Positions 48,901-62,797 of a stretch of 64,000 bases of DNA are shown here, piece after piece. The notes below the pieces were generated by a model. The model searched no databases. It was given only the letters and a program-made list of their open reading frames with translations, and was not told the DNA's origin. Each line of letters begins with the position of its first letter. Position 1 is the first letter of the stretch. This stretch comes from Podarcis muralis (taxonomy: Eukaryota), in contig NC_135656.1 in the NCBI RefSeq assembly GCF_964188315.1, positions 31,248,001 to 31,312,000 of the forward strand, given 5' to 3'. A program made the translations under genes and the position numbers.

Positions 48901-51900
48901 AGTCAGGACCACCAAACTTACTGACTTTCCAGAGCAGTACCTTCTGCTTACTGCGTGTCAGGCTTAATCCCTCACCCTAGCCCAGATTCCTGGTCCAGCT
49001 GCAGTAGCTGTTCTCCAAGAGCACACAGCTGAGTTCTGGATTGAGGTACAGCCCCCCACAGCCCCACTCTGACCCTGGCAAGGGATGAAGGGTTGTCCTA
49101 CTTGACTGTGCCCCTGGGAAAACTCAGTGGCTGCGTAGATACAGTAGAAAGCAGCCCCTGTCAGCAGCAAGATGACACCATTGATCAGCAGGCGTAGCAG
49201 GTAGAGCTTAGCAAGCTGCTTCCGTGTGCGCTGTTGGTTCTGCAGATGCCGGATCTGCTCCGCTAGGTCTATCTGTGAAGAGAAACCAAGTTGGTCACTT
49301 GCTATTTGTGCAGTTGAGCATGCAGAGGAGAGGTTTGCTTCCAGGCTTCAGCATGCAAAGGAGAGGGAAGACCCAGCCAATCTAGTAGGCATGCACGGCC
49401 CAGGAGAGCCATAACACCTTGAGCACAGAAGGGACATAATAATCTGAGGCTAGAAAGAATGACTGAAACGAAGCAAAGCAATCCCTTGTTGCCTTGGGAA
49501 ATGTCCTTTGAGGTGGGAACAGGAATTAAAGGGTATGATTCCTGTTTCCCTTTGCTTGTTGCCCCTACAATGCTTGTTCTCTTTGCTTTCACCCAAGACA
49601 GGTATTGTTAATTGTTGCTGCCTGACTTGCAAGTGAAATAAGCAAGGAAGTAACACAGGGCCTGAAGAAAAGAAAATAATGGCACCTGTATCAAATTCTG
49701 CAGCTCCACTTGTGCAATAGACTTCTATGCATGCAACAGAACTTCCTCTTCCTCTCCACTCAAAATCAGCTCCAGAGGGTTGGGAGACCTCCCAGAGCAG
49801 ACTGAGGTGGGGTGGTACACAGTGGGAGGACAAGAAAAGGAAGCCTCATTATGCAAGCAGAACACCGCTTGTGCAACATTGAATTCAACCCTGGTTTGTT
49901 TGCTTTTTCAGTTCAGCCAAATTTAGGCAATGGCTGAGGTTTCGCACAAAAATATTTCTTAAATGAATGGATGTGCATACATACTTGAAAGGATGACGCA
50001 GTGAAAGAGGTGGGACTTTTGAGGACATGAGCAAATTATCATGAAACCTGATAGGCAATTTCCATGTACCTTTAGGTGATTGTAAATATTCCTCTGTTTG
50101 AGGGTGGCTGCCTCTGGGCTTTGGATGCAGAAATCCCACTCTGTGAAGATCCTGGCACTGACACATGGTTTGAATTCCCACCGCAGCATCTGCCACCGGG
50201 CCACGCTGGCTACAATCCTGAATATTGGGACAGGAGTGAAGATTGTCACAGGCAAGCAAGACTTTTCTCCTAGCAAATTAATTCCTTTGCTCCGAGCAGT
50301 ATATAGAACTCAGTGCGTTGCATAAGAAGTTCCACTGTGTCACTGCAGCGGGTCCAGCCCAAGATATGTGAATCAACATGGGAGTAACACCCAGTTTCCA
50401 GAAAGAAGGAGATTGCAAGTCTGCACAGGGATATATGCTATGATGTGAAAGTGTGCAAATCAGTTGCAGGGAGTTATGAAGGCAGAAAAGATGCAACAGT
50501 TTAGGAATATTAGCTTGGTCCACTGGAGGAGGATTACCTAGTGATGCTTCAGAGTAGGAATGTTTTCTGGGAATAGTAGTAAAATTTGATGGGAATGAGT
50601 TAGGGATGCAGAGTCTCAAGAAGACTGAGCTGATCTACTATGGCAGGATCTCAACACATAGAATGTTGTTGTAACATGAATAAATGCTAGACTTATTGGA
50701 GAAAAGGTAGGGAGTGAAGAAGGAAGAAGAACAGATTTTTGCCCATCAATGTCTGATTAGATCAAACACTCTGTGAGAATGATTGGGCACTGGAATATGC
50801 TCCCAACAGAAAGTGTATAATTTCCATTCCCAGGGAATTTGAACATGCCAGGAATAGGTTAGAGCAGAAGTTGGGGAACTTGCAACCTTCCAGATGTTGC
50901 TGAATTACAGCTTCCAATGGGGGCCAATGGGAACTGAAGTTCAGTAACACCTGGAGGACCTCAGGCTCCCCATCCTTGGGTTAGAGAAATGTTATTCTGA
51001 CTGTATGTAAGATATGGGAGTATATAACCTACTGAATTACTACAAGGAAAGAGTCAGCATTTTAAGTGGGTCATCATAAGCCATTGTGTATGTAAATCCC
51101 TATTCATGAATCCACTCCCTTGCCCTGCAACTCCTTGCTTCTCTCCTGCTCCCTGTTCCAAACCCCTGCTGTCAAGCCTAGAAAGGCCTGGGTCTCAGCC
51201 ATCATCACCTTACCGCCGGAGGATCCAAATGAGGCAGGCAAAGAAGTATCCCAGGATGCTAAGCAGGTATGCTAAGTGTACATTGTAGTGGTTCTTGCTA
51301 TCCTGTGTTACATGGTAAGCACCATAAAACAGGTACGAATTCTCCAGAGAGCCCTAAGGATGGAACATAAGAGGAAATTACAAGCCAGCCTTATGCTTGC
51401 AGATTAACCCAACTCATAACGGAGGAGTATGGAATCTGTGGGTCCTCCAGATGTTTGCAGGACTCCAACTCCTCTCACCTCTAACCACTGATTGACCATT
51501 CTGGCTGGGCCTCTTGGAGTCGCTGCCCAACAACACTTGGAGAGCCACTGCTTCCTGTCCACTGCCATAATACTTCTCTAAGGACTTTCTAAGTCTGAAT
51601 CATAGAATGCAGTGAGTACAAAGTTTGGATAAGAACCATCACCCATTAATCCAACATTGTCCTTCCTGCTCAACTCCAAGCTATATTTGTCTTCCCAATT
51701 GCTCCATTTTTGTCCATTCTTTTTCAACCCCCCCCCCCATCTATAACCACTTGCTTAGGCAGCATTGCACCTTCATCGGACTCCCCTCTCCAGCACAGTA
51801 AACTCCAGTCTCTATTTCCAGCAGACTCACCTCCCCGGTGAAGATATCTTGAAATCGTTGCCAGGCAGATCGATAACTGACGTTACTGCTGTACTTCATG

Positions 51901-54245
51901 CATTCAGGATCTGGGGGGAAAGACTGGGTAGCGTTATAGCACTAGACACTCTGACACTTAGATGTCAGCATAGGATCTAATCCAGATGGGATGTTGGGGA
52001 AAGCACAAATGCTCTTGGAAGTACCAGCAGAGACTCACCTGCACTCAGACCTGTAGGAAATATCGTCGTATTTTGAGAAATGATAACAGGCAACAGTATG
52101 AAGCCTGTGGCCAGCAGCACAGCCAGGAAGTTGATGAAGAGCAGGAACCTCAGGAAGGTAAAGTAGGACTGGATGCCAGGACCAAAGTTCCCTGTACAGT
52201 ATGTTGAAGAGGATAGCAAAAGTGGGAAACACAGGAAGGCAAGCAGACAGGTATCAGAGGGGATGGGGAGGATGAAAGTGACACACAGGATAAATTCTGT
52301 CCCAGATCCACAGCCCTTTCTTCATTCACATGTAGTATTGCTAACTGTGGCTGGTTCCTATCTGGTCTGACAGGGGATTCCGCCTGCTGTGTCTACTTCA
52401 GTGCCAGTCAAGCAGAGGTTATCTTGCATTTTGAAACTGTTCACACATATCAGTGAGCATAATAACCAAAGTGGGTAGTTTCTTTAGGAGAAAGAACTGC
52501 AAACTGCCTCCCCTTCCTAATGTACACAACAAATCCACAACTCCTTGGTTACCCTCTGCTAGAGGAAAGCAAGATTTATTTATTTGTCTTCTTCACAAAC
52601 CATGTGGTCAACCAGCCTGCAGAGGTCTCCCTTGCCTCACACCAGTTAGAGATAGGTTATCTGTAGTCCAGTTGTTGTATTTTGTATATATAACCAGCAG
52701 CCCCTGCCATTTATAATACCAAGTCCCTTCTCAACACAGAGAGAACTTTATATTTTCTTCAAGTGCAGCTGTTGATCTGACGTCCTGCAAGGGGTGGACC
52801 CTGGGTTTCAAATACCAGGGGTGCCCTGTGCAATGCCAAAATTTGGCACCCCCAGCCTCTTGCACTCCATTCTAAAGCATAATTGCAGTGTCCCCTGCGT
52901 TGCCCCCGAGGTTCTGCACCCAGTGTGACTGAACCAGTTGTGCTCGCCTAAATCTGCCTCTGATCTCACCCATTTTCCCTTTAGAAGTAGCCCCACCTTG
53001 TTTGCTGCCACTGGACCAAACTGGTACCCCAATGACATTCCTTGGGTAGATGAACTTTGAAAGGTGAAAAACCATTTCCCACTGTTACCTCCAATCTCAT
53101 CCAGGGGAGGCTTCCAGAGCTGGAAAATCCTGACAAGGTTCCAGATTCCTTCCTGAAACTGCTTCTGGGCCCTGGATTGTCTCTGTCTCCAGACCACCCA
53201 GCAGGACACATCTCTCCCTGCAGATGCTCTCAGCTGCCTGTGAAAGGGAGAGTGGGTTGAGTTTAGAATGGGCCTTCTGAATCAGTGAAGCTTTGGGAGA
53301 TGAGGTTAGGAGAGGACCACACGTCCCACCCCATCTTCCGGTTGAATATCTGCACTTACCTGCCTCACGCTAGGACAAAGCCTCCCTTTTGATACTCTTC
53401 TATTTTTAGTCAGCAGGTTCCTCTGCCCTGCCAAGCCCCACTAATCCTTTATTTTATTATCTGTATTTCTTTGATGCTTCTGTGTCATATCAGAACCTGC
53501 TACAGTGGAATGGGGGAGCTTTTTCAGTTCAGGGGAGCTACATTCCTGCATGCGCAATCTTCTGGTAGGCTGGTAGGCGGGGCCAAGGGCAACTGTGAGT
53601 GGAACAATGACTATGACTCTTCCCTTTGTACAGTTGGCCACCAAAAATCCACAGGTTTTTACACCACTTGGCTGGGTTAAAGCAATATATCTAAAGTAGA
53701 AACAAACCAGCTCTGTTGTGGGAAGGAAGGGAAGGGGGAACAAAAATTGTGTGCCTTTTATTGCCAAGTACTGCGTGGTTTTAGCAACCAGCCTGCACAA
53801 TTACAATCAATTACAGTGGTAACTCGGGTTAAGTACTTAATGCATTCCGGAGGTCCGTTCTTAACCTGAGACTGTTCTTAACCTGAAGCACCACTTCAGC
53901 TAATGGGGCCTCCTGCTGCTGCTGCGCCGCCGGAGCACGATTTCTGTTCTCATCCTGAAGCAAAGTTCTTAACCCGAGGTACTATTTCTGGGTTAGCGGA
54001 GTCTGTAAGCTGAAGCGTATGTAACCTGAAGCGTATGTAACCTGAGGTACCACTGTACATACTAAAGATGTTTTCCCATGTGAGCTTGCTCCAGACCTGA
54101 GGAGGCGCTTCTCCTTCATGCAGCAGGGCAAGTCCCTGAGCAGCAACTCCTGGTTACCCAGCTCCTCCAAGGAGTCTTCTGTGCTGGAATCAGAGAGAGC
54201 ATCGTGCTGGGCAAGTCTGTGCCTCAGGACCGGGGTGCCATCCAT
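42994..54245 (-). CDS. TMC8: Transmembrane channel-like protein 8 (EVER2), 657 aa; exons 54097-54245, 53089-53237, 52039-52191, 51831-51910, 51214-51353, 50070-50217, 49102-49272, 48647-48795, 47540-47663, 46762-46859, 45607-45790, 44436-44566, 44197-44352, 43207-43285, 42994-43056
   Basis: 15 GT-AG exons join in frame (1974 nt). TMC-family motifs: FGPGIQSYFTFLRFLL, SYLFYGAY, WDFCI, QYLPP..YSPNTEVNLTLVRCVILKL, CWETHIGQEMYK, EEFLVPHNVLDIVAAQTVIWIG.FFCPLLP, FRAS, CGLFTNYSTPW, KEKWCLV. Exon phases and synteny favour TMC8 over other TMCs. Confidence 0.92.
53814..54055. mobile_element. Tc1/mariner-type MITE in a TMC8 intron
   Basis: TA-flanked TIRs; reverse orientation relative to 28062-28287. 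Confidence 0.88.
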
Positions 54246-54811
54246 CGCTTGAGATCCCTGAAACAACAAGCATGCACATGTTAAGGTGCGGGGACCTCGG
54301 CACAGAATAAACCAGATGTGGAAAACCTTTTTCAGCCTGAGGTCAGAACCCTCTGGAGGACGGAAGGTGAGCAGGGCCAGAGGCAAAAGTAGATGTGACT
54401 CTTGGGCTATGTCCAAATCAGTGGCTTATAAAGCAGTGAGGTTGTTTCCCCCTTGCTGCATTTTAAGTCACATTTGCACACCAGAGAGGGAGTGGGGATG
54501 TCTTCACCCACAGAACATTACTTTATTTGTTTCAATCGTGACCGCAGCTACAACCACCCCAAGCTCCTATTCATGAAGCTGTCATCTGTGCATGCACAGT
54601 GGATGCTCAAATGCTTAACTGTGAAGTGAATGTGGCTTACGTTTTCTCTCTCTCTTTTTGCCAAATTATTTTATTGATTTTCCATAATTTTTAAACGAAT
54701 TATAACCAAATGAATACAAATTTTTGAGAATGTGGCTTACGTTTTCAAATCAGATAGAAGCTGGTTTGAGGGGAAATGCATCAAACAGCAATATTTCTCA
54801 AGAAACTACAG

Positions 54812-54947
54812 TAGGCACAGGCAAACTCAGCCCTCCAGATGTTTTGGGACTACAACTCCCATCATCCCTAGCTAACAGGACCAGTGGTCAGGGATTATGG
54901 GAATTGTAGTCTCGAAACATCTGGAGGGCTGAGTTTGCCTATGCCTG
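54812..54947. mobile_element. 136-bp palindromic hAT MITE
   Basis: Same family as 20476-20611; near-TSD (A/T)ACTACAG. Confidence 0.88.
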
Positions 54948-56663
54948 TACTACAGGATAGATGTCGATTATGGCCAACACCTGTACATGGACGGCTTCAA
55001 ACACCAGCGGTGGAAGCGCACCGGTGCCAGAGTAAATGGTAATGTGTACACAGCTTTGCCTTTATGTAGTAGGCTGTATTCCAGCCACACAAAACTCAAA
55101 GGCTTCTACATACAGATGCACACCTCTCTATCCAGGCAAACAAACAATATTTTCTCTATTCAAGGACACTTTCTGAGCCACGCAAAAACACTAGGGGGGG
55201 TGCAGAGCAGGGTTTGTGAAGAATATGGCCTAGGAAGAATATCAGGGGCCATAAAGAGAGGCCTGGAAGGCTGAATTTAGCCCCCAGGTCTGAAGTAAAA
55301 AATTATCCCTCAACCTGAATACCTGATACCTCCATTATAATTTGAATGTATCTGCTAGCTGCAGACCACAAAAAAATACCACACAACACTCCTAATGTAC
55401 CATGACTGCCTTTTAGGCCGCAACTACAGCCCAAATTCTAATTTGTTCCGCTTCATGTTTGACTAGAAATTGGGAAGATAGCTAAAGTAAATTAGGATTT
55501 CAACATCTGCCAGTAAAATGACAAAATGACTGTTTCACGTTTAAAGGTGCATATTGTGGTGAAGCGTTTAAATAAACAACAACAACCACAGAATCTTGAA
55601 CAGCCTCCTAAAAACATATTACAGCCCATTTTTTTAAAAAAAGATGGGGCAAATTTTAGTATGGGGGGGGGTACACCATGCTAAGATAATACTGTATTTA
55701 AGAGATATTGATGACTGTTTCCTAGAGTGCAACTCTAGAAAGGAAGCATCAATAGGCCTTAAGTTTACTGTTATCCTAATCCTGTGTTGTGATAAACAAT
55801 GCACACCAGTTAGAGCCAATTTGAAGCTATTGGGTGCAGTTCTGTTCACATTCCAGTTTACACAGCCGTAGTCCTCTGGTCAGCTGTCTGCTGAGTCACC
55901 ACCACTGAGAGGAAATGGAAGAGAGAGAAAACAGTATCACTGGCACTTAATTTTACTTTCTGTTTTTCCCCTAGGTGGCTGTTCCCTCTCACAGGATTTT
56001 CACACATCTATGTGGGTCCGTTGGGCACAGAAGAACTGTTCACCCCGTCTGTGCTATTCCTGATAAAATAAAGGCTACATGTTCACTTTGTACTCTTCCA
56101 TGTATACACACCATACACAAGCACAAGACTCCCCCCCCCCCCAAATCCTGGGAACTATAGGTCACCCTTCATAGAGCTGCAATTCTCAACAACCCTTGAC
56201 AAGCTACAGTTTCCACCATACCATTCCCAGGATGCTTTGGGGCAAGTCATGTGCTTTAAATGTCCTTTAAATGTATGGTGTTGCATGCGGCCTCTGAAAA
56301 AGGAAGCAACTCACCCCTTGTCCTTTTAGCTTCTTATTACGTATCACCACATCCAATCCAGTCAACCTGAAGTACAGTTCTGGCGAAGTACTGAAGTACA
56401 GTACAGCTCTCCTGTGGATTAGAGAACCAAACGGAAGTACAGCGTCTTCATCCTAGCTGTGGGTTTTTGCTTGCTTATCTGTGGAGATGCTAGTAGCAAG
56501 CCCATGTGACAGGAAGATGCAATTTCCTGTATCGCACCAAGTCATCGTGTTGCGTTCATACGTTGCACTTGGTAGATTACACTTGTTGGAGATGGTAGAT
56601 ATTAATACATTTTTGCGTTTCTTTTTTCTAGTTCTTTTGAACTGCCAGGCCAATACTATGTTA

Positions 56664-57016
56664 AAGGTAAAGGTAAAGGGACCCCTGACCATTAGGTCTA
56701 GTCGTGACCGACTCTGGGGTTGCGCGCTCATCTCGCTTTATTGGCCGAGAGAGCCAGCGTACAGCTTCCGGGTCATGTGGCCAGCATGACTAAGCCGCTT
56801 CTGGCGAACCAGAGCAGCGCACGGAAACACCGTTTACCTTCCAGCCGGAGCGGTACCTATTTATCTACTTGCACTTTGACGTGCTTTCGAACTGCTAGGT
56901 TGGCAGGAGCAGGGACTGGGCAACGGGAGCTCACCCCGTCACGGGGATTCGAACCGCCGACCTTCTGATCGGCAAGTCCTAGGCTCTGTGGTTTAACCCA
57001 CAGCGCCACCCCCATC
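56664..57016 (-). mobile_element. Sauria-type SINE, full length
   Basis: Reverse complement of the AFMID-intron copies; 14-bp TSD CCAAT(A/G)CTATGTTA (56650-56663 and 57017-57030). Confidence 0.92.
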
Positions 57017-60000
57017 CCAATGCTATGTTAGAACTGCTTAATTTTCCATTACAGTATTTAAAAAGCTTATTTGAAGTATAATTCCACTTTCTTCCCCCTT
57101 TCTACCATTCCCCATCCCCTCAAGGTTTCCCTAGGAATCAGCATTTTGTTTACATCAGGGATAGGGTACCTGGGGCCCTTCAGACGTTATTGGACTACTA
57201 CTCCCATCGCTCCTGACCATTGGTCATGCTGGCTGGGGCTGATGGGAGTTGGAGTCCAGCAACACACTGCAGAGCCACAGGTTGAGAGGGCTGATGCAGC
57301 AGTTCTAAGCTCGCAGATGCACAACACAGTCATAAATATGTTTACTTGGAAGGAGATCCCTCTGAATTCAATGGGGTTTACTCCTAGGTTAGCAAATGTA
57401 AGGTTTCAGCTTTAAAATGGTTCAACAGACATTTCCTCTTCCCAGGGAATCCTGGGAATAGTCCTGAGGGAGAATAGGTTATTTGACAGATTTGTTAGTG
57501 CTGTCTCACCAAACTACAGTTCCCAAGATTCTTTGGGGAAATAGAAGCTTGTTACTTTAGTATAAATCTGATATAGGTTGCAGTGTAGTATATCCTGTTA
57601 GTGAGGCAAGCATATGTAGAGCGAAGTTTCCTGTAAAGTGTAGCTATGCAGAAACCTTCCTTTTAGGCAACTCAGACGCCATTTTGAACTTTACATCTAA
57701 AGCAGTATCACAGACCTTCCAAGTGTCCCTATTTTCCAGGGACGACCCTGTTTTAGAGAAGCCATCCCGGTTACTGATTTGATCCTGGAATGTCTTTTTC
57801 CTTAGGATGTCCCTATTTTCAATGGAGAAATGTTGGAGGGTATGGAGTTATCCAACCCCTGAGCCATCTAAAGGCAATCCCGTATAGGGAAGTATTTTTT
57901 TAAAAAAAGTTTAATGTTTTATTATGTTTTCTTATATGTTGGAAGCTACCCAGAGTGGCTGGGGCAACCTAGTAAGATGTGTGGGGTATAAATAGTAAAA
58001 TTACCACTGTGGAATGGGACGTCCCTATTTTCATTGGAGAAATGTTGGAGAGTATGGTATCATGCTGCTTTAAGCAGTCATGGCTTCTCCCAAGGCATCC
58101 TGGGAAGTTAAGGATGCTAAGTTGATAGGATAACCCTATTTCCCTCACAAAGCTACAATTCCTAGAGGGGTTTAACAATCACTCCCTTTACCCAGTGAAT
58201 TCTGGAAATTGTAGCTCTTTGAGGGGAATAGGGGTTTCCTAACAACTCTCAACACCATTAAGAAGCCACAGTTCCCAGAATGCTTTGGGGGAAGAAATGA
58301 CTGTTTAAACTGGTATCACAGTGCTTTCAATGTATAGAGCAAATGTGGCCTTAGAAAGGATTATGATGATGGCGAAAAGAGTGATCGGTACATCTTTTCC
58401 CATTGTACAAGGCTCTCCTTCCTGAGAGCGGACATCTAACAGTACAAGTGGAAATATGCACACATAGTAAGCCATACCATAATACAGTAGTCCTCTCTGA
58501 TAACTCAGGAGACTTGTGCTTATTTGGTAGGAACGTGGCCCCTTTGAATAAATGAAGTTGTTGACTTCTTTGCAAGCTGCCGTTCAATACAAACCTAACC
58601 TAGGAGTTTGCTCCAGGTAGATGCTGGAGTGGGGGAGGACTACATCTCCCAGCGTCCTTTGTATAACAGGTGAGGCGCAGGGTGTGGTCTGAGACTGCCG
58701 AGACGGGACAAAGGAGACCTTGGAGGGGGAAAAAAGTTTTCTGAATCTTGTGGCTAGGATTCTACTGATCAAAACCACAGGATCCCACCAGGTTAGTGAG
58801 TAAGATGCCGCAGAAAGGCTGCTTGTGACTTGCTGGACTGAGAAATAACTCAGTTCCCCTTGTTTTGTAAGTACTGAAACATTTTCTTACATTGCCTCTG
58901 TTGATCTGCCGCTGTGTTCTGAGCGGGGATGGGCTACAAACTGAGGACTTTTCTTGTGTCCCCGATGCGTAATCGTTCTGATTCTCAATAGTCTCAGCGT
59001 GGGAAGGTAACAAAACTGCTCTGGAAGACCCGTGACCGTCCCTTCTTCTCACACCCACTCGGTTGTACATGTAGTAGAAGTACGGCCTCTTAGATACTCT
59101 ATCGTGTTTGGCCAAAACGCTTTCTGGCCCATCCTTTATGGTTCAAGGGAGAAAGGGAATAAGATGCCCACGGCGTGCATGTACACAGAAGCAGCTGCCT
59201 TTGCTCCCTTCCTCATTCTCTCCCTCCAGGCAGCAAGGGGAAATAAAGAGAGAAAGGCAATAGGAGCAGCTTAGTTTGCTGCAGGGTCCTAAAACTAGTG
59301 CCTCGCCAGGAGTCGTGGGCTGGAATCAGGTATGTTTTGATTTGATTTTTTTAGTAAAAATAAATAAATCTGCCTTTCTCTCTATTGAAAGCCTTCAAAA
59401 AGGGGATGGGGTAAAAGCAGAAATGGGGTACTCTTGGCATGATGGGCAAAAGGTTATCCAGTGGGACAAGGTGGTGTGAAGTTATTAGATGTGCAGCTAT
59501 TTCTTTTAGAAGTTCTAAGTCACTGCTGCACACAGCCAAGCTTCCCTTGCCTCAACCGAAGTATTGTTTTATTTACTTGTAGCAAAATGCCCAAGACATT
59601 GCTAAATATAGTTCATGATGAGAAATATAACATAGCTGCAGTAATTATACGGAAATTTTGGATGCAAGATAGCTCTGAAACCTTTTATTTTCACTATAAC
59701 ATGATTTTAAAGTCAGCCCCTGTGACTTGGTGTGTGTGGAATTTTTCTAGTTACAGTAGTAGGGTTAGCTGGGCCCCACCTTTCATATTCCACGTACCCT
59801 ACTGGAGCACTTTCAAACAATGAAAAGTAATGCTAGGGTCACAGGCAAGTTTACTTGCAAGAAAATGCCAATGACCTTGGTTGACTTGCTTCCGAGTAGC
59901 CCAAGATTTTAAGCGCCAATGTAAGAAAGGGGAATTGGGTTGTGGTGCCTGGACTTTTTTTTCAAAGGTAGTGTTTTCTGCCAGAATGCCAGTGTGATTG

Positions 60001-62537
60001 ACAGTCTCCTTGTTCTGGCAAGTAAATGAGGTGATAATGTTTGTGACAGATTAGCATAGAGGAAGTTTGGGGTTGAGGAAAATGAGCAAATGCTGGGTAC
60101 TGCTTTCCTTTTCTTTGATGTGGTCCTTGTTTCACAGTGGCAGTTTAAATGGAAACTTTTCATTAAAAGTTAAAGGTTGTTTTTCAGCTGACTAGAGATA
60201 TTTTGTTAAATGCCAGTGTGCTTTACAAATTAAACCTATACTCCTAGGTAATTATATACTGTACTGTATATGATTTTAGTTGGGATGATCCTAATAAATT
60301 GGATATTCTGCTAAGTGGTCTGCTTGCTAGGTGTGGGTGTGTTGTACTCTCCTTCGAGTGAGGCTGTGAAGGCTGTTTTGATTAACTCCTGCATTTCAGA
60401 ATTTACCGCTGTGCTTCTCTGACTCCTCCTGGGCTGTCCTGCTGTAGACCAGATACTATGAAAGAGCTGTTTGCAGAAAAGGAATAGGGGGAGGGTGGAG
60501 GATGAGGCTGCAGCCTGTGCTTCTTGGCACAGCAGAAGCAGAGATCTTTGGAACACTTTCTTGGCCCTGCAGGCAAGCCTTGGGCATGCAGCAGTTCTAT
60601 TGTTTCCATTATTTCAGAAGCTGCTGTGGAGAGAAAGTAAGAATGCAAAGGTATGTCAGGATGGAAGCATGCCTTTGCCTTCTGCCAGGGAAGTAGGATG
60701 CGCTGGGCTAGGCTCTCTCTAGCCCTGGAAGTGTGAGAAATTTCATGGAGTTCAGAGGTCTTCTGGGTGTCCTTACACTGGTAAGTAAACTATCTGGTTT
60801 GGGGATGAGAATTACCAATTGCACTAAGGGCACATCCTGCCAGCTTTCTTTCTGCATTCCTATTTGGGTGCTGAACTGGCAGTGCAAAAAGTGTTTTTGA
60901 AAGAGGCACTGTTTCTCTGGAGGCACCACCCTAACTGCAGGAAGCCAGATGTGAGCCCTGCCCTTGTTAACTGGCAGGTGATCAGTTCATTCCAAAACCC
61001 CCACTACATCTGGAATGCAGCAGCACAAAGGCACTAGAGCAGTGCTTCTAATTGCTTAGCCAATCCTGGCTCTCATGGGTGACCATCCTGAGACTGCTTT
61101 GATTTTTCATTTAGGACAGGAGGTGGTGAACCTATTTCCCTCCAGATGTTGGGCTCCCAACTCCTAGCATGACTAATGGTCAGGGATGATGAGAGTTGTA
61201 GTCTAGCAACATCTGGAGGGCCACATGTACCCCCTCCAATGTTCTAGGGTTCCCACATGATGGTCCTGACCTGCCCATCCTCCCCTGCATGTGACCTAGT
61301 GTAGGAGGTTTCACTCTAACTGAGCAACAGTGGCTTTAGCAGTTCTGGTGTTGAATATGGGCTTCTTGGTTCTTAAGAATTCTTACAGGAAAGCATACTT
61401 CCATATGGAAGAAAGCGCAGAAGCATCATGTGACAACTTTACACGTCTCTGTTTCATCCTAATATATACCCAGTGAAACAGATGCATGCAGACATCACGT
61501 GTAACAATCTGCACATGAGTTTCATCCTTTTCCCTACATAGAACTGTTCCTGTTCCGGTGAATGTATAGGAATGGGTGTGCAGCCCAACCCGTTATCTGT
61601 CCAAACATGCCCACAGGCTGGGTGAGCAAAACACTCTGAAATTCCTGCTGCTGGGGCTGGGAGGAGAGGCCTGAATGTACTGTGATTAACTCTTCTATGT
61701 CCAGTGGTGGCCGTGCCTGTTGTAATTGTTCTTCTCCTGTATGGCTGCCAAGAAGCGATAATTAAGCCGCCACTGAGATTTGTGTTGAGTTAGAAGTGGA
61801 TGCAGCTGCTCCCCAACATAACCCTGTGCATGGTGTAGTAATGAGAGTCTGTGTGTGCCCCCATACCGTGCAAAATCATTGCTTCTCTGTGATTTGGCAT
61901 TTATTCCAAGAAGGGGGAAAGAATACTGCCTCCGGCCATTTGCATAGCTAAGAGTTCATTTACACATGCATAAATTTGACCGGTGCCTGCTGCCTAATTT
62001 TGCAGATGTTAAATGAAAACTGGCCAGGGTGCAAGTCTACTTCAGCCCAAAGAGAATAGTCCCATTAAAAATGGGGGAATGCATAAAGTATGGCTGGGGA
62101 GGTGCGTGAATGTTTGGGATATATAGATGCTCTCAAAACCAAACTGCAGGAGACGGATGTGACTCTTTGCTTGGACAAAGGCTGTAGCAAAGGCCTGGCA
62201 TTCTGGCATTCTATTAGGCTGATGTTAAAGCATGCTAGGAGAAAGCATGCTAATTTATATGGGGGCAGGAAAAGGGTTGGCAGCCACGACTGGGCAAACA
62301 AATGCCTTTTGTTGCATCGTTGCTGTACCAGCTGCCTGTGCCCCTGCATTCTGGTGAGAAGCGAGAGAGTATAAAGCTTGGGGTTTACATACAGGCAGCT
62401 TACACGCCACACATTTAAAGTTCCCAATGAATCCCTGGAACTAAGTTTGTTAAGGGGCCTGGGAATTGTAGTTCTGTGAGGGATGAACTACAGTTCCCAG
62501 AATTCTTGGCAGGGGTGGGATGTACTTTAAATAAATA

Positions 62538-62797
62538 CAGTGGTACCTCTAGATACGAATGGGATCCGTTCCGGAGCCCTGTTCGCATCTGGAAGCAAAC
62601 ATAACTAGCAACAGCACATCTGTGCGCATGCACGTCGCTTTTCGCCGCTTCTGTGCATGCGCGCGACGTCATTTTAAGTGTCTGCGCATGCGCAAGTGGC
62701 GAAATCCGGAAGTAACGCGCTCCGTTACTTCCGGGTTGCCGTGGAGCGCAACTCGAACACGCTCAACTCGAAGCGTATTCAACCCGAGGTATAACTG
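62538..62797. mobile_element. Tc1/mariner-type MITE, CpG-rich family
   Basis: TA-flanked CAGTGGTACCTC / GAGGTATAACTG ends; internal sequence differs from the 28062 family. Confidence 0.78.
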
